In this document: positions 38,814-52,000 of the stretch, piece after piece | Numbering within the stretch: the first letter of the stretch is position 1 | Layout: each line of letters begins with the position of its first letter | Assembly (NCBI GenBank): GCA_045837725.1 | Contig: JBEWZL010000075.1 | Span: 1-64,000 of the forward strand | Length of the DNA: 64,000 nucleotides | DNA from: Vermamoeba vermiformis | Taxonomy: Eukaryota | Direction of reading: 5' to 3' | The notes under the pieces: generated by a model | The model's database searches: none | What the model saw: the letters and a program-made list of their open reading frames with translations, nothing else | What the model was told of the DNA's origin: nothing | Position numbers and translations under genes: made by a program

Positions 38814-40190
38814 ATGGTTCGTCTTACAGCAGAACTCATCTCCAAATCTCCCGCGTTTATAAATCCGTTGAAACAGTACGAATTGGATTTGCGAGGTAAG
38901 TTAAATATATTAATAATATGTGCAAATAATTATAGGGCAGTATTAATTCAATTTTTGCAAGCTGTAATTTTATAATAATTATTTAGATATTTTTTGTTGC
39001 TTGCTACTATGAACGCGAAATTAAATTTTGTTTGTATAGGAAATAAAATTCCAATTATTGAAAATCTTGGTGCTACAGAGGTACGTAGTAGATTAATTTT
39101 AATCGAGAGCGAATGCAAAATTTTTTTGTTGAATCTTCTTAGAGTTCGCTCTCGTGTCACATTCACATTATGCATCGCTTCGACGATATATATTAATCGC
39201 ACGACTATAGGATCGATACGAGACAATTGATCTGTCAGACAACGAGATTAGCAAAATTGAAGGATTTCCTCTCTTGCAACGATTGACCTGCTTGATATTC
39301 AACAATAACAAAATCGCTCGTATCTCAAAGGGTACGTACATAACACAAATATCACTATAATCAATAGTAGCGAAGAACTTACGCAAAGGCGGGATCGTCG
39401 AACGGAATTTCTAAAATATTGTTTGTTAGGCTTGGGCGAGCTGATTCCTAATGTGGACACAATAGTATTGACAAACAATCGCATTCAAGATCTAGCAGAT
39501 TTGGAACCGCTTTCAGAATTGAAAAATATTACGATGCTTTCGCTCATGTCAAATCCAGTCACCAAAAAACAACACTACAGATTATTTTTGATTCATATTC
39601 TGCCAAAATTGAGAGTACTCGACTTTGTTAAAGTGAAGGCAAAGGTACGTCTTGATATTGATCACATACAACCGATATTAAGTGTCACGATCCAGTTGCT
39701 GTAACGCGATTTATTTTTAGGAACGAGAAGAGGCAGCTAAATTATTTGGTGGCGAAGCAGGACAAAAATTACAAGTAAGTGCAGGATTATATGATAGTAT
39801 CATTATTAGAGTTATGCTGTAGATTTTACTGAGCGGATTTGGTGAATACTTTTGTACCACTGCAGCACTAACCTTGTTTGCTCTAATAGGAAAAATTGTC
39901 AACTACACGAACATTTATCCCCGGTGAAGTCGATAAGCAAGGCGGCAGTACTATTTCAAGCGAACAACGCACGAAAATTTTGGTAAGTACATCTCGATCG
40001 CTGACGTCAGTAGTAAGACTTACAAGAGCTAATTTAATTCTTTTACGAAAATTAGGACGCTATCAACAAGGCACAATCGATCGAAGAAATTAACAGATTG
40101 GAATTGGCTTTACAAACTGGAAAATTACCGAAAGATCTGTTCCCGGATGCTAGCAATGATGTAGCCATGGCTGAAGCTAAGAATCCTTAA
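38814..40190 (+). CDS. SNRPA1: U2 snRNP protein A' (LRR), multi-exon
   Basis: MVRLTAELI...ELDLRGNKIPIIENLGAT..DQ(R)YETIDLSDNEI, NPVTKKQHYRLFLI, LRVLDF. Confidence 0.93.
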
Positions 40191-40555
40191 TGAATAATTA
40201 CAGTGTTGATTGCTCGAGAATATTGTTAAAATAAAAACGAAAAATCGTTAAAAAGCTTCAAATGTGAGAACGGATGGTTACCGTTACGTGCTGCCGATTG
40301 TAAAACTACAACATCGTTGATTGCAAGAATACTTCTTGTTTTACTGTAACGCTGGCATTCAAAGCAAATGGTCGTTGATATTTTCTTTCTTGTTTTTCGA
40401 TTGCTTCGTGTAATCTGTTTTCAAGTAAAACTGAAAAATGAGACAAAAAGGCAAACTCGTCCCTTTTCAACCATTTTCATACAAATCAAGACACAAGACA
40501 ACGCGTCATATATTTGATAGCGATAAATAACCAAAAGCTTAAAGCTACAGCAAGT

Positions 40556-41514
40556 ATGAGCAAGACTGCTACTGCCGCTAAATCCGACACTTCCGCTTTA
40601 TTCAAGCGTGAAAATCCTGTTACAGAGGCTCCTAGAGAGTAAGTATAATAATTATTAACAGTTTTCAATATTCCGCGAGCGATGCTAATCGTACTTTCTT
40701 AGATTGACTGTCGATGAGCGCATTCAACAAGCCAAGGAGCAAGAACGCGAATCTCGTCGTGCCGCATTGGTAAATATTATTATACACCTATAAATATTAT
40801 TTAATATTAGCATTTTCGTATTAATTTTCCCACGTACTAATATTTTGCCTGTAGCGCACTTTGAACGAGACTAAGGCCACCGCCGTGCAAACCAATAGCG
40901 ACTTGACCGCTCAAGGAGGTACGTATATATTCATATTTCGTAGTATTACGAGTTGAAGCTAATCGCCTTTCTTCTCATCTGCAGAACGAATTAAGAAAAT
41001 GCAAGACTCCACTGCTCAGATCCACGACGACATGAACGTCTCTGAGAAGTTCTTGCGCAGCATTGGCTCTATTTGGGGAGCTCTTTCTAACAAGTTCCGC
41101 GATGACAATTCAAATGAACACAAATCCGCTCGCGCTGATTACGAGACTCAATTCGCAGCCAACAAGGCAAACGAAGAGGCCAACAATAATCCCAATAAGC
41201 CCGCCGAGAAGCCTGCTAAGCCCGTCAAGGTCAAAATTGATATTAAGAGCTTTGAAGCCAGTATGAAGGAGGTAGATGTGCCCCATGAAATCACCGATCC
41301 CGACTTGAAGAAGGAGTACGATGAATTTATTCGTGAATCTGATGCCGACCTTGACGAGTTGTTGAACGGTACGAAGGAATTGAAGGGCATTGCTTACGGC
41401 ATGAACGACCAGATCCGCGATCACAATCGTCGTTTGACGGATTTGCAAAGCGACGTCGAATTGGCCAATGCTCGTATTAAGGCCGGTACTCTTAAGGCCA
41501 AGAAGTTGACATAA
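40556..41514 (+). CDS. SNAP-25-like Qbc-SNARE, 4 exons
   Basis: Two SNARE coils (LTAQG|ERI...EKFLRSIGSIWG; LKGIAYGMNDQIRDHNRRL) and no transmembrane segment. Confidence 0.85.
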
Positions 41515-41937
41515 GGTGCATAGTCTTATAGTCAATACAACGCCTTAAAAACCCTGTACAATTTTGTAAATAAACCCTGCGAATTTATATCATACACTCC
41601 TACCCTTATAATTAATACTTTCTCCTATCATATACGTGTAGTACACGCATTACTAATATGTAATAGGAATATAGCATGGTTTGTCTTCATCACAGCAAAG
41701 CGCGACCTCGTAATGACTACAGATCTGATCCGTCTTTGTACTGACTTCGAATCGGCGCACTGTTCAAGCAATTGATGCCTACCAACTGATTAGCAGCACA
41801 AGATACTTTAAAACAGAGTACTAAGCGAGAGATATTAATCAAAAGCAGGCACTGTATCGGGTATAATACAAGGTTTTAATTGGTACTATTTTACAAGAGA
41901 AAGTTGTTGTTTCGCTAGAGTTCGCGTTGTAATTCGT

Positions 41938-42876
<939 letters not shown>

Positions 42877-43295
42877 TTAGCTGAATCCGGATTCGAAATT
42901 TCGTTGGTAATTTTTTTGGAGGCGTCCGAAAGCCCCAGCCTAGATATCTAAGGCCTGTAATATGATATAACGGCCGCTGAGATTATTAACGAATTACTGC
43001 GGTTAGTATCAATGCTCCTCTAACTGCACGGAGAGCCGCATAAATCTCCTCGTTTGTGTAAGGATCTGTTCTTCGTCGTGTCATTATTTACGGCTGAATG
43101 TGATTGTTTGGCCTTTTCTTAGTTAGGTGGACGAGAACTCAGTCAAATTGATGTAAAACCGGACAAATTTCAAATTTGGAAGTCTAATCCAGCAATTTAC
43201 CAGGTCGGTCTCGTGCGTTTTAGTTCTTAACCTTATCCTGACATACCTGTACATATTACATACGGAATTGACCTGTACCGACCCGAAATAACGAG

Positions 43296-44384
43296 ATGGA
43301 CGAGTATGAGATGGTGGATGTCATAACGAGAGAGTGCGACAATTGCTCCATTAGCTCTAATTTCCAGACTAACATCACTCATGCATCTACGAACATTTTT
43401 AAGAAAAGAATTTACAGCCAGTCGGGCATAGAAGACGAACAGAATGCTTTTCAGGCAAAGAAACTCCGGATTGCGCAAAATTTTCAGAATATTGACTGCC
43501 CAAATTTGCTTCCTGAATTGCTGATTAATCACATCATCCCATATACCGCGAAAGATTGGCTTTGCGTCTCAAAAGACTGGGGAAAAGTGGCGTATGATAA
43601 ATTAAATTTCGATCCACGAGTAAAACTCAATTGGAGGAGCTTGGAACGAGCTATTTTTTGCCACTCAGTCTCTGGAGTATCAAAGCATATTAATCCCACA
43701 ACAATGAGACAGCATTCAATTTCAGTGTGGTACGTCCTGGATGTAGCAATCGAGAACGACAGCAGTATTATCGCAAAACACATTCTTGGCGATCCTCGAA
43801 TGGCAGATTGCAACACTTTAAGCGAGAAGCTGTGGAAGGCAGTGCGATGGGGCCGCTCAGAGATTGTCGCCATGATGTTGCAACATCCAAGCATCGATCC
43901 CATCCAATGCGGTGCTCGAGCTGTGTCTCTGGCTATTAACCTCTGTAGATATACCGTTTTGGACACTCTTCGACGCGATGAACGAGTTAGACAGTCTGAG
44001 GCAGCCTCTGCACTTGCTACACCGTGGGTCATGCCTCCTCAACCATGGATGCAGATCAGCTCTTTCAACGGACCTTTTTTCAGCACGACAAGCAGACCGA
44101 CAACCTTAACCCATTCAAGACCTTTGCCAAGACCGAATCCTACCCCAATAGAAGTCAGTACGCCGGCTAATACTCGTCACGAATTGCTGTTGGCAGTTGT
44201 AATGAACGATGAACAACGCGTCAAAACGTTGCTCAGAGAAGAGTGTGATTCGATCCCGCTGGACACGTTGCAAGAAGCAGCCAACGAAGCCATCACCAAC
44301 ATGCAATTCAAGCTCACGAATATGATCCAGCAAGCCATTAATCGTCGCGCCAAAGGTGACGTCAGCGAGCCTAAAGTTTTGTAA
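43296..44384 (+). CDS. Intronless ankyrin-repeat-like protein with a degenerate F-box-like motif
   Basis: 362-aa ORF with LLPELLINHII...WLCVSKDW followed by ankyrin-like units (AVRWGRSEIVAMMLQHPSIDP). Confidence 0.6.
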   Translation: MDEYEMVDVITRECDNCSISSNFQTNITHASTNIFKKRIYSQSGIEDEQNAFQAKKLRIAQNFQNIDCPNLLPELLINHIIPYTAKDWLCVSKDWGKVAYDKLNFDPRVKLNWRSLERAIFCHSVSGVSKHINPTTMRQHSISVWYVLDVAIENDSSIIAKHILGDPRMADCNTLSEKLWKAVRWGRSEIVAMMLQHPSIDPIQCGARAVSLAINLCRYTVLDTLRRDERVRQSEAASALATPWVMPPQPWMQISSFNGPFFSTTSRPTTLTHSRPLPRPNPTPIEVSTPANTRHELLLAVVMNDEQRVKTLLREECDSIPLDTLQEAANEAITNMQFKLTNMIQQAINRRAKGDVSEPKVL

Positions 44385-44503
44385 ATTTTGTTTAATTTAA
44401 TGTTTGTTTAGCTTGTATATAGATTGGGTAAATGGTTTTCGTTTAATTTTAACATATTGGAAGTTTATTCAATTAGCGCGTATCGAGTACAACAGCAAAT
44501 GTT

Positions 44504-45506
44504 TTAATAAGGAGTGCCACCGTTGACGTGGATGACTTGGCCAGTAATGTAAGTGGATTCAGGGCTGGCCAAAAAGACGTAAGAAGGAGAGACTTCTTCG
44601 GGTTGACCAGGGCGGCCAATAGGAGTGTTTTTGCCGAACTCAGAAATGTGGTCAGGATCGAAGCTGGCGGGGATCAAAGGAGTCCAAATAGGACCAGGAG
44701 CGACCATATTAACTCTGATCTTTTGCTTAACGAGGTTTTGAGACAGAGCACGAGTGAAGGCAACAATAGCGCCCTTAGTGGTCGTGTAGTCCAACAAGTT
44801 CGAGTGACCTTTCCACGAGTTGATGGAAGTAGTGTTGATAATACTGGCATTAGGACTTTGAGACAAATAGCCAATGGCTGCTTGGACCATGAAGAATCTG
44901 TCAAATTGGAGTGTCAATAAAAGTGACACTTCGTAACGCGTGTCAAATGAAGTTCGAAACTTACTGAGAGTAAATGTTGGTACGGAACACATCATCTAAC
45001 TGCTGTTCAGTGATTTCTTCAATTTTGTCTTTGGTGAATTGAATGGCAGCGTTGTTGACCAGAATATCGAGTCTCTTGAACTCATTGAAAGCCTTTTCAA
45101 CAGCTGAAGTGCAGAACTGCTTGCTCTTAATGTCACCCTTGATGCAGAGGCACTTGCGACCCTCCTTTTCTACAAGTTTCTTAGTCTCGTCAGCGTCTTC
45201 GTCGTTAGAGTGGTAAACAATTGCCACATCTGCGCCTTCACGAGCCTGGAAAACTATTGGTCAGCATCACGTGGCTTGCGGATCCAATAGAAATCATCTT
45301 ACGTAAAGTACTGCGACGGATCTGCCAATGCCACTGTCACCACCAGTGATGATAGCAGCGTAGTCTTTCAACTTGTCGGATCCCTTGTACCAATCCAAAG
45401 TGTAGAAAGGTTTGGGAGTCATTTGATGCTCGGTACCGTGCGAGTCATTTTGTTGGTCTTGCTTAGGGATTTCAGCGGGGTATCTGTCCATAGCCTTGGT
45501 CGACAT
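44504..45506 (-). CDS. Short-chain dehydrogenase/reductase (YdaD/YghA general-stress type), 3 exons
   Basis: YKGSDKL, ITGGDSGIGRSVA, LVNNAAIQ, YTTTKGAI, VAPGPIWTPL. Confidence 0.92.
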
Positions 45507-46046
45507 TGTTGTTGCGGATGTTGTTGAAAACAATTTTCTGTTGGTGTGTAGTTGCTCTACAAGAATAATGGTTAAAAAAGTATTCGAATAGGTATAAATG
45601 CCTTGCAAACATGCATTACGATGGCATTTGCAAAAATTAAGGAGAGATCTCCTTGAAAGCGACCAGAAATCTTTTTGGATCGCGCAAAGGCCTGCCTTAG
45701 GACCTAAAAATACGTATTGCTTTAAACTTACTTTTCCTATTACTAGATGAGCTCTGAAAAATTCCTTTTGAGACTTGAAAAACTTTCTGCGGTACATTGC
45801 GCGATCCAAAAATCATCTTTGATGCTCTTCGAATAGCAAACATAACGGTCTTGTGAAATAGGTATACGTGTATGGTACTACGAATAGAGTAGATTGCAAA
45901 ATGAAAGGTGTCGCAGCTAATCGAGATTTCAAGAACGATGAATTTGAAATGTGTTTGCCATTAGATAAATGTACCATTATGCAATTAATCAAATTGAGAT
46001 AGTATTATAAAACATGATTCGCTATTATTTATTAAAATTTTCGCAA

Positions 46047-49000
46047 TTATTTTTGAGATCGACTTTCGACGTACTCGGTGGCGCGCTGTTTAACGTGCTC
46101 TTGTTGCTTAACAGTTCCATGGTCCTTTTCGAACTGCAACCACTTCTTGAATATGAACCTCATCTTCTTGGAAGACAAATTCAGTGTAGCAACACGTTCA
46201 AAAACAGATCGAGCCTTGTCGTAAGCTTGGGCCACTACCTCCATATCAATATACACTGACCATAAGTCCAATCGCTTGGGGTAGGTGCTCAAGATGTTCT
46301 CAAAGATAGTACGGCCGCGTTCAATAGCACCGTGCTTATATTCGTATTGAGCAAACTTCGAGATCACCTCAAGATCTGTTCGGGTTTCAATTAGTTTTGT
46401 TACATTAATAATAATAAGTAAGAGTACTTACGCTTTCGCTTGGCCAAGGACTTCAAAGAGCGATCCAAGATGTTACGAGCAGCTTCAGGTTGGCCTTGCT
46501 TGAACTTGAAGAGACCGTACTTCATCCATACTCGCTTAGAATCCTTATATTTCTTAACGAGGGTCTTGTACAACTCGCTAGCAAGCTATAGATTGAACGC
46601 TTAGTATTGTCCTCGAAATTAAAAGTTCCAGATCTGACTTACCTCAGCATTGCCGGAGTTAGTGTGGATCTTGATAAGTTCCAAGTGCACGCGCTTAGGA
46701 TCGTTGTAAGTGCAAGCACGTTGGAAGACTTCAGCGAGACTCTGAGGAGTGCCGTAAGTATTCTCCAAGTTCATGTACGCGATCCAGACGTTCAACTTCT
46801 CGTCGCTCAAACGAGCTTCAATGCGCTTCAAAGCACGTTCAGCTACTTCTCTGGCCTTGTCGACTTCAGTCACACCAAGCTGAATGTAATGATATATTAG
46901 ACCTTGTCAATGACATCTCTAAAAAGTTGTTCAAACATACCCAGTAAGCAATGAATCGGATCCACAAGTAAGAGCTGTTGGGGTTAGCAAACAAAGCCTT
47001 CTCGAAGTCCTCGGCCGTGTTCAAACCATCACCGTCGGTCTCCTCGGATTGAGGCTTAGCAACAACTGGCTTCTTCTTGCTAGTAGTCTCCTCGTCATCG
47101 CTGTCCTCGTCGTTCTCTTCGTTGTCACCAGCGCCGTTCCAGTCAAATCCAACTGAAATGCCTTCAGCCTTGGGCTGTTTCTTCGAGCTCTTTTTAACTT
47201 CTTGCTCGCTCTCTTCGTCTTGCTCGACTTCCATGGCCTCTTCCTCATTGTCATTCTCTTCCTCATCATTGTCGCCGCTGTTGTCTTCATCGTCATCAGC
47301 TTCGGCCATTTCTTCGTCGTCGTCGTCACTGCGCATTTGTTCGGCGAGCTTAGAGACGTAGTTCTCGTCGTCGCTGTCGCTCATGTGACCCTCGTCGAAA
47401 GCGTAGCCTGAAGGAGTCAAGATACGTTGGCTCAAGTCCTTCTTCTTGGTCTCCTTCTTGTTCTTTTGAGGCTTGACTTCCTCGCTAGACTCTTCTTCCT
47501 CTTGTTCGTCTTCATTGTCCTCGTCCTCATCTTCATTGTCTTGTTCCATCTCGTCGCTATCGTCTTCGTCCTGATCTCTGGCTTCGTTCAAAATTGCGTC
47601 ATCATCGCTATCGTCGCCATCGACAGGCATCAAAACTTTAGCCTTCTTGCTCTTCTTGTCAGACTCTTTTTCTTTCTTGGTCTTCTTAGTCTCTTCAACC
47701 TCTTCGACTTCCTCGTCACTTTCTTCGTCGCTTTCTTTAGAGCTCTCGCTGTCCTCGACACCTTCAAGCTTGGACGGCTTCAAGGTGAGAGAAATTTGCT
47801 TCTTGTCAGTGTTGAGACGAATGATGCGGGCCTTCACGGAGTCCTTGATCTTGAATCGATTCTTGAGATCTTCAGGTTTGACGTATTCGTCATCAACTTC
47901 TGACAAGTGGCACAAGCCGACGAGACCGCAGTCTTTGATAGTCACGAAGACACCAAACTTGGGGTCAAGTCTCTTGACAAAGCCCTTAACGACTTGGTCG
48001 ACCTTCAAGTCCTCGAAGACCATGCGCTTTTGTTGCACATCAGACTTCTTCAGCGACAAGTCAATGAACTCGTCAGTGATACTAATGACACGACCAGTTA
48101 CGAGCTTGCCGATCGGGTACATCTTGCTAGGGTTCTTGATGAACTTGTTGCTCAAGTTCTTGAAGAAGACACGACCAGTGACATTGCGGGACAAAGCGAC
48201 GTAGAGCGTGTTGTTGGCAGTGTGCTTGACGTAGCCTTGGACAATGATACCAGGAGTAACGTCTTTCATGGACGAGATCTCGGGGTACTTGACTTCTTGA
48301 CGCAAGGCAGGGTTGACACGCGAGGGACGCAATGACACGTCAATTTGGTTGTCGTCCTTGTTGACGTCCAAAACGCAGCAATTAACGATCTCTCCTTCCT
48401 TTGAGACGAATTCTAGCGGAGGTACATTAGTACGAGTACGCAAAAAAAAAGTAAAAAGAAATTTCTGAATTGGATGATTAGTTCAGTTCCCTTTGTTATC
48501 ATGGACAGCCAGTTGATTAGGCCGGCTGACACTCTTAAGGTGTCCCAATGGGTTGATTAAGCATCATTCTAATCATTTTCAAACGATGTGTAACTTTGTG
48601 AAACTTTGACTCGACCAACTTAACCGGTCAAAAAATATTATGGTACTGGTTGACTTACCTGCGATGGGGTCTTTGACGTAATTATCGAACAAATCGGTGA
48701 TATAAGCACGTCCGTAAGTATGGGCAAACAATTGGACGGTGACTGACTCGTTCAACTTGACACGCAAAATTCTTGCGGGAAGAATCATGCCGGCCTTGAT
48801 CTTGTCGGGTGTAGCAGCCTTGTTGGTCTCGTTTGTAAGAGCCTTGATAGACAGATCAAGAGCTTGTCTGTCAACATCAATGCTGAGGACCTTGCAGCGA
48901 ACTCCTTGGCATGGCTTGAAGTGTTCTGCAAAATTGTTAGTGACACGTGTCAAAAGGGAGTTTCGACACTTACCAGCCATGTTTCGGAGAACGTTAATAT

Positions 49001-52000
49001 CGTTAGAAGCGTCCAAAATGAAAACTCTTCCACGGACAGTTGAGCTCAGGTAGACCCAGATGCCGTCAGGTGTCAACTTGTGCACCCAACCGTTGACAAT
49101 TTGGCCCTTTTGCAAGGTGTCAAGCGAGGGCAAAAGGTTCGGCTTGTCGTTCCATTGCTTGACAACGGAAGGTCTCAAAGAAACTTCGACAACTTTCATG
49201 TCACCAGCGTCTTGATGGGTGATGGGCAAGTACTTGTTGGACTTGCGCGCCGAGAACTAGAATTACAAAGGATTAGAAACCGCATTTCACAGAAGGACAT
49301 TGGGTTAAATTTTGTTAGGTGATAGTCATAGACTTGTTAGAATCATTTAAATTCATTAACACGGACCAATAAAGTGGTTATTAATCATGCTATCTTCCAA
49401 TTTCTAACGAATAATATAATAAAACAAGGGTTTAAACACTTACCGAGACAACACGAGCCTCTTCGATGACTTGACCAACTGAGAACTTGGAGAAAGGGTT
49501 GGATTCAGTAATGTCGTCAGTCACTTCGGTGATGTGCACACGACCTTGCACATGCATGCCAACTGTAACGGTCATTTGGTTGTCGTAGATGCGCTTAACT
49601 TGCACCTTGACAAGTGAGCCAATCTCAACGTCATCAATGGTGTTGATGGCGTTAGCAGCGAGTTCTGAAAGACCCTTCTTTTGACGGAAGCCTGAAGTCA
49701 CGGCGAGGATGATGCGGTCGTTAGTGGGAGCCTTCTTGACGACAGCAGTAACCTTTTGCAAAGGTCTGTAGGCGTTGAAAGGATCGGCAAACACTTCAGT
49801 GTTGTAGTCACGGGTGGAGGCGTAGGCAATGAGGGACTTGTTGCCAGCACCGTGCTTTCCGCTCTATAAGCAGTTTGTTAGCTACATTAATAACTTGATA
49901 ATAAGACACGTACCAAGCTCAAAATCAAGTAGTTGGCCTTGATGAGTTCGACAACAGCATCGACTTGTTTGTCCTTCTTCAACGGCTCAACAGCCTTGCC
50001 TGAGTCGTTGCCACGGACTTGATTGATCAATTCAGTGCGCAAAGACACGTCAACAATGCTCTTGAACTTGTCAATATCGAGAACAACGCATTCGACTTCA
50101 GATCCAGCTTGAACTTTGCCCTACAAGAAGTTGTGAGTCCCACTTGTAATGTTTCTTTTTCCAGAGACAAAACTTACTGCAACTTGCTTGACATGAGCGA
50201 AGCCCTTAATTTTAGCGTCGAGGCTCAAGATGACACCATAATCAGCGACGTCAGTGACAGTGCCCTTGACAATGGTGCCGACCTTGTACTTGTTCCAATC
50301 AATGCCAGTCTTGGGCTTTTCCAAACCAGCCTCCTCAGTGAAGTATGAGTCGATGAACTCGGAGTCTTGCGAGGCAGCAAATGATTGGCGGAGAGTGAAA
50401 GAGAATTGCGAAGTTTCAGGAATGACTTCAGTGATGTGCGCACGGACTGTTTGACCGACGTAGAAGAATTCTTCGGGGTTGGAGATGAAGACATCGGCCA
50501 AGTTCATTCTCAAGGACAAACCTTGAATTTGGTTCATGAATCTGACGATGACACCGAAGCTAGTGATCTTCTTGATGACACCGAAGTAAGTCTCGTCCTT
50601 CTTGACTTCCTCGAATGACTTGGGGATCTTGTTGGCCTTGGCGGCAGCTTTCAAAGACGGCTTCAAGGTAAGACCCTAAATACCGAGTTAGTACCGAAGG
50701 TCATTTTGACATAGACTCTACTCTACTTACGATGTATTTCTTTTGAGGGCGAACACGAAGTACCAACATGTCGGTGACTTTTTCGCCGACCTTGAATCGC
50801 TTGGCCAACAGTGCAAAGTGTGCACGGTGATCAGACAAGTGATAAGCGGGGATGAACGCTTCAACTTGACCGCCAATCTTGACGTCGATACCACGCTCTG
50901 AGGCTTGAGTGACAACTCCATCAATGAACTGTCCGGTCTTGATTGAGTCAAAGACACGAGTCCATTCTTCAGTTTGTTGCTCGTTCTCCTTGTCCATCAA
51001 GAAGCTGACAATCAAGCGTCTTTGCTTGGGAGTCACTGAGACGATACGGCACTTCTTGACAAGACCAGGTTGGAACATTTTGACAGGATCGTGCACGTAA
51101 CCAGCGCTCAATTCTGAAATTGGTGCGAGGGCAGTAACGTCGCCGTAGAAGCGGAGTCTGCAACCGAATGGCTAAAAGAGTTATTAGCATCTAGTTGAGC
51201 AAATTATCGCCGATGAAACTTACGCCAACAGCAACAATGGTACCGTGAACGACCATATCTTCTTTGGCGTCGTCGTATGAAGCAAGAACAGGCAAGTCAC
51301 TGCTGATGAGAGCACGTTTGTGAGTGACGATCAAACGCTTTTTGTGAGGATCAACCATCAAGGCTCTGCAGGCAATCTTGCCGCCAACAGAGAAGCGAGC
51401 TTGGAAGTTTTCGATGGTGATATCAGCAGCGTGGAACTTGGGCAAGTAGGCGCGAATAAACTCGGTGATCTTCAAGAGGATACCCTTGTCGGTAATCTTG
51501 CTAACTGTGGCAGTCAATTGTTGACCGGGCTTGATGTCTTCGTAGCGCAAGAACTTTTGTTCAATGTCGCTCTTTCTCAAAGAGACGTTGACGAGTTCGT
51601 CAATGTAGTTGAAGCTCAGCACACGGCATTGAACTTTCTCGCCAACTGTCATTGTCTTGAACACTTTCTCGAAGTTGCCGTCAGTCAATTTGGAGGCCTG
51701 CAAATGCGGTTAATTAATTGTACTTCAGTGCTTGGCAGTATTAGTGTCTTACGTGAGCATAACCCAAGATAGGTTCACCGTCTTCAGTGGACTTGACCTC
51801 CAACAAGACACCAATAGGAGCATCAATGCGGCGAATAACGGCCTCATCGAAGATGTCACCGACTTCGATTTCGTCAAAAGCAAAAGGTTGCATTTGAATG
51901 ATGCTCTTCTTCATCGACAAGCTGACTGATTTGTTTTCAGGATCGACGTGCATAATACGAGCAGGAACCTTTTGTCCGTTCTTGAAGGTCTTAGCAAGCT

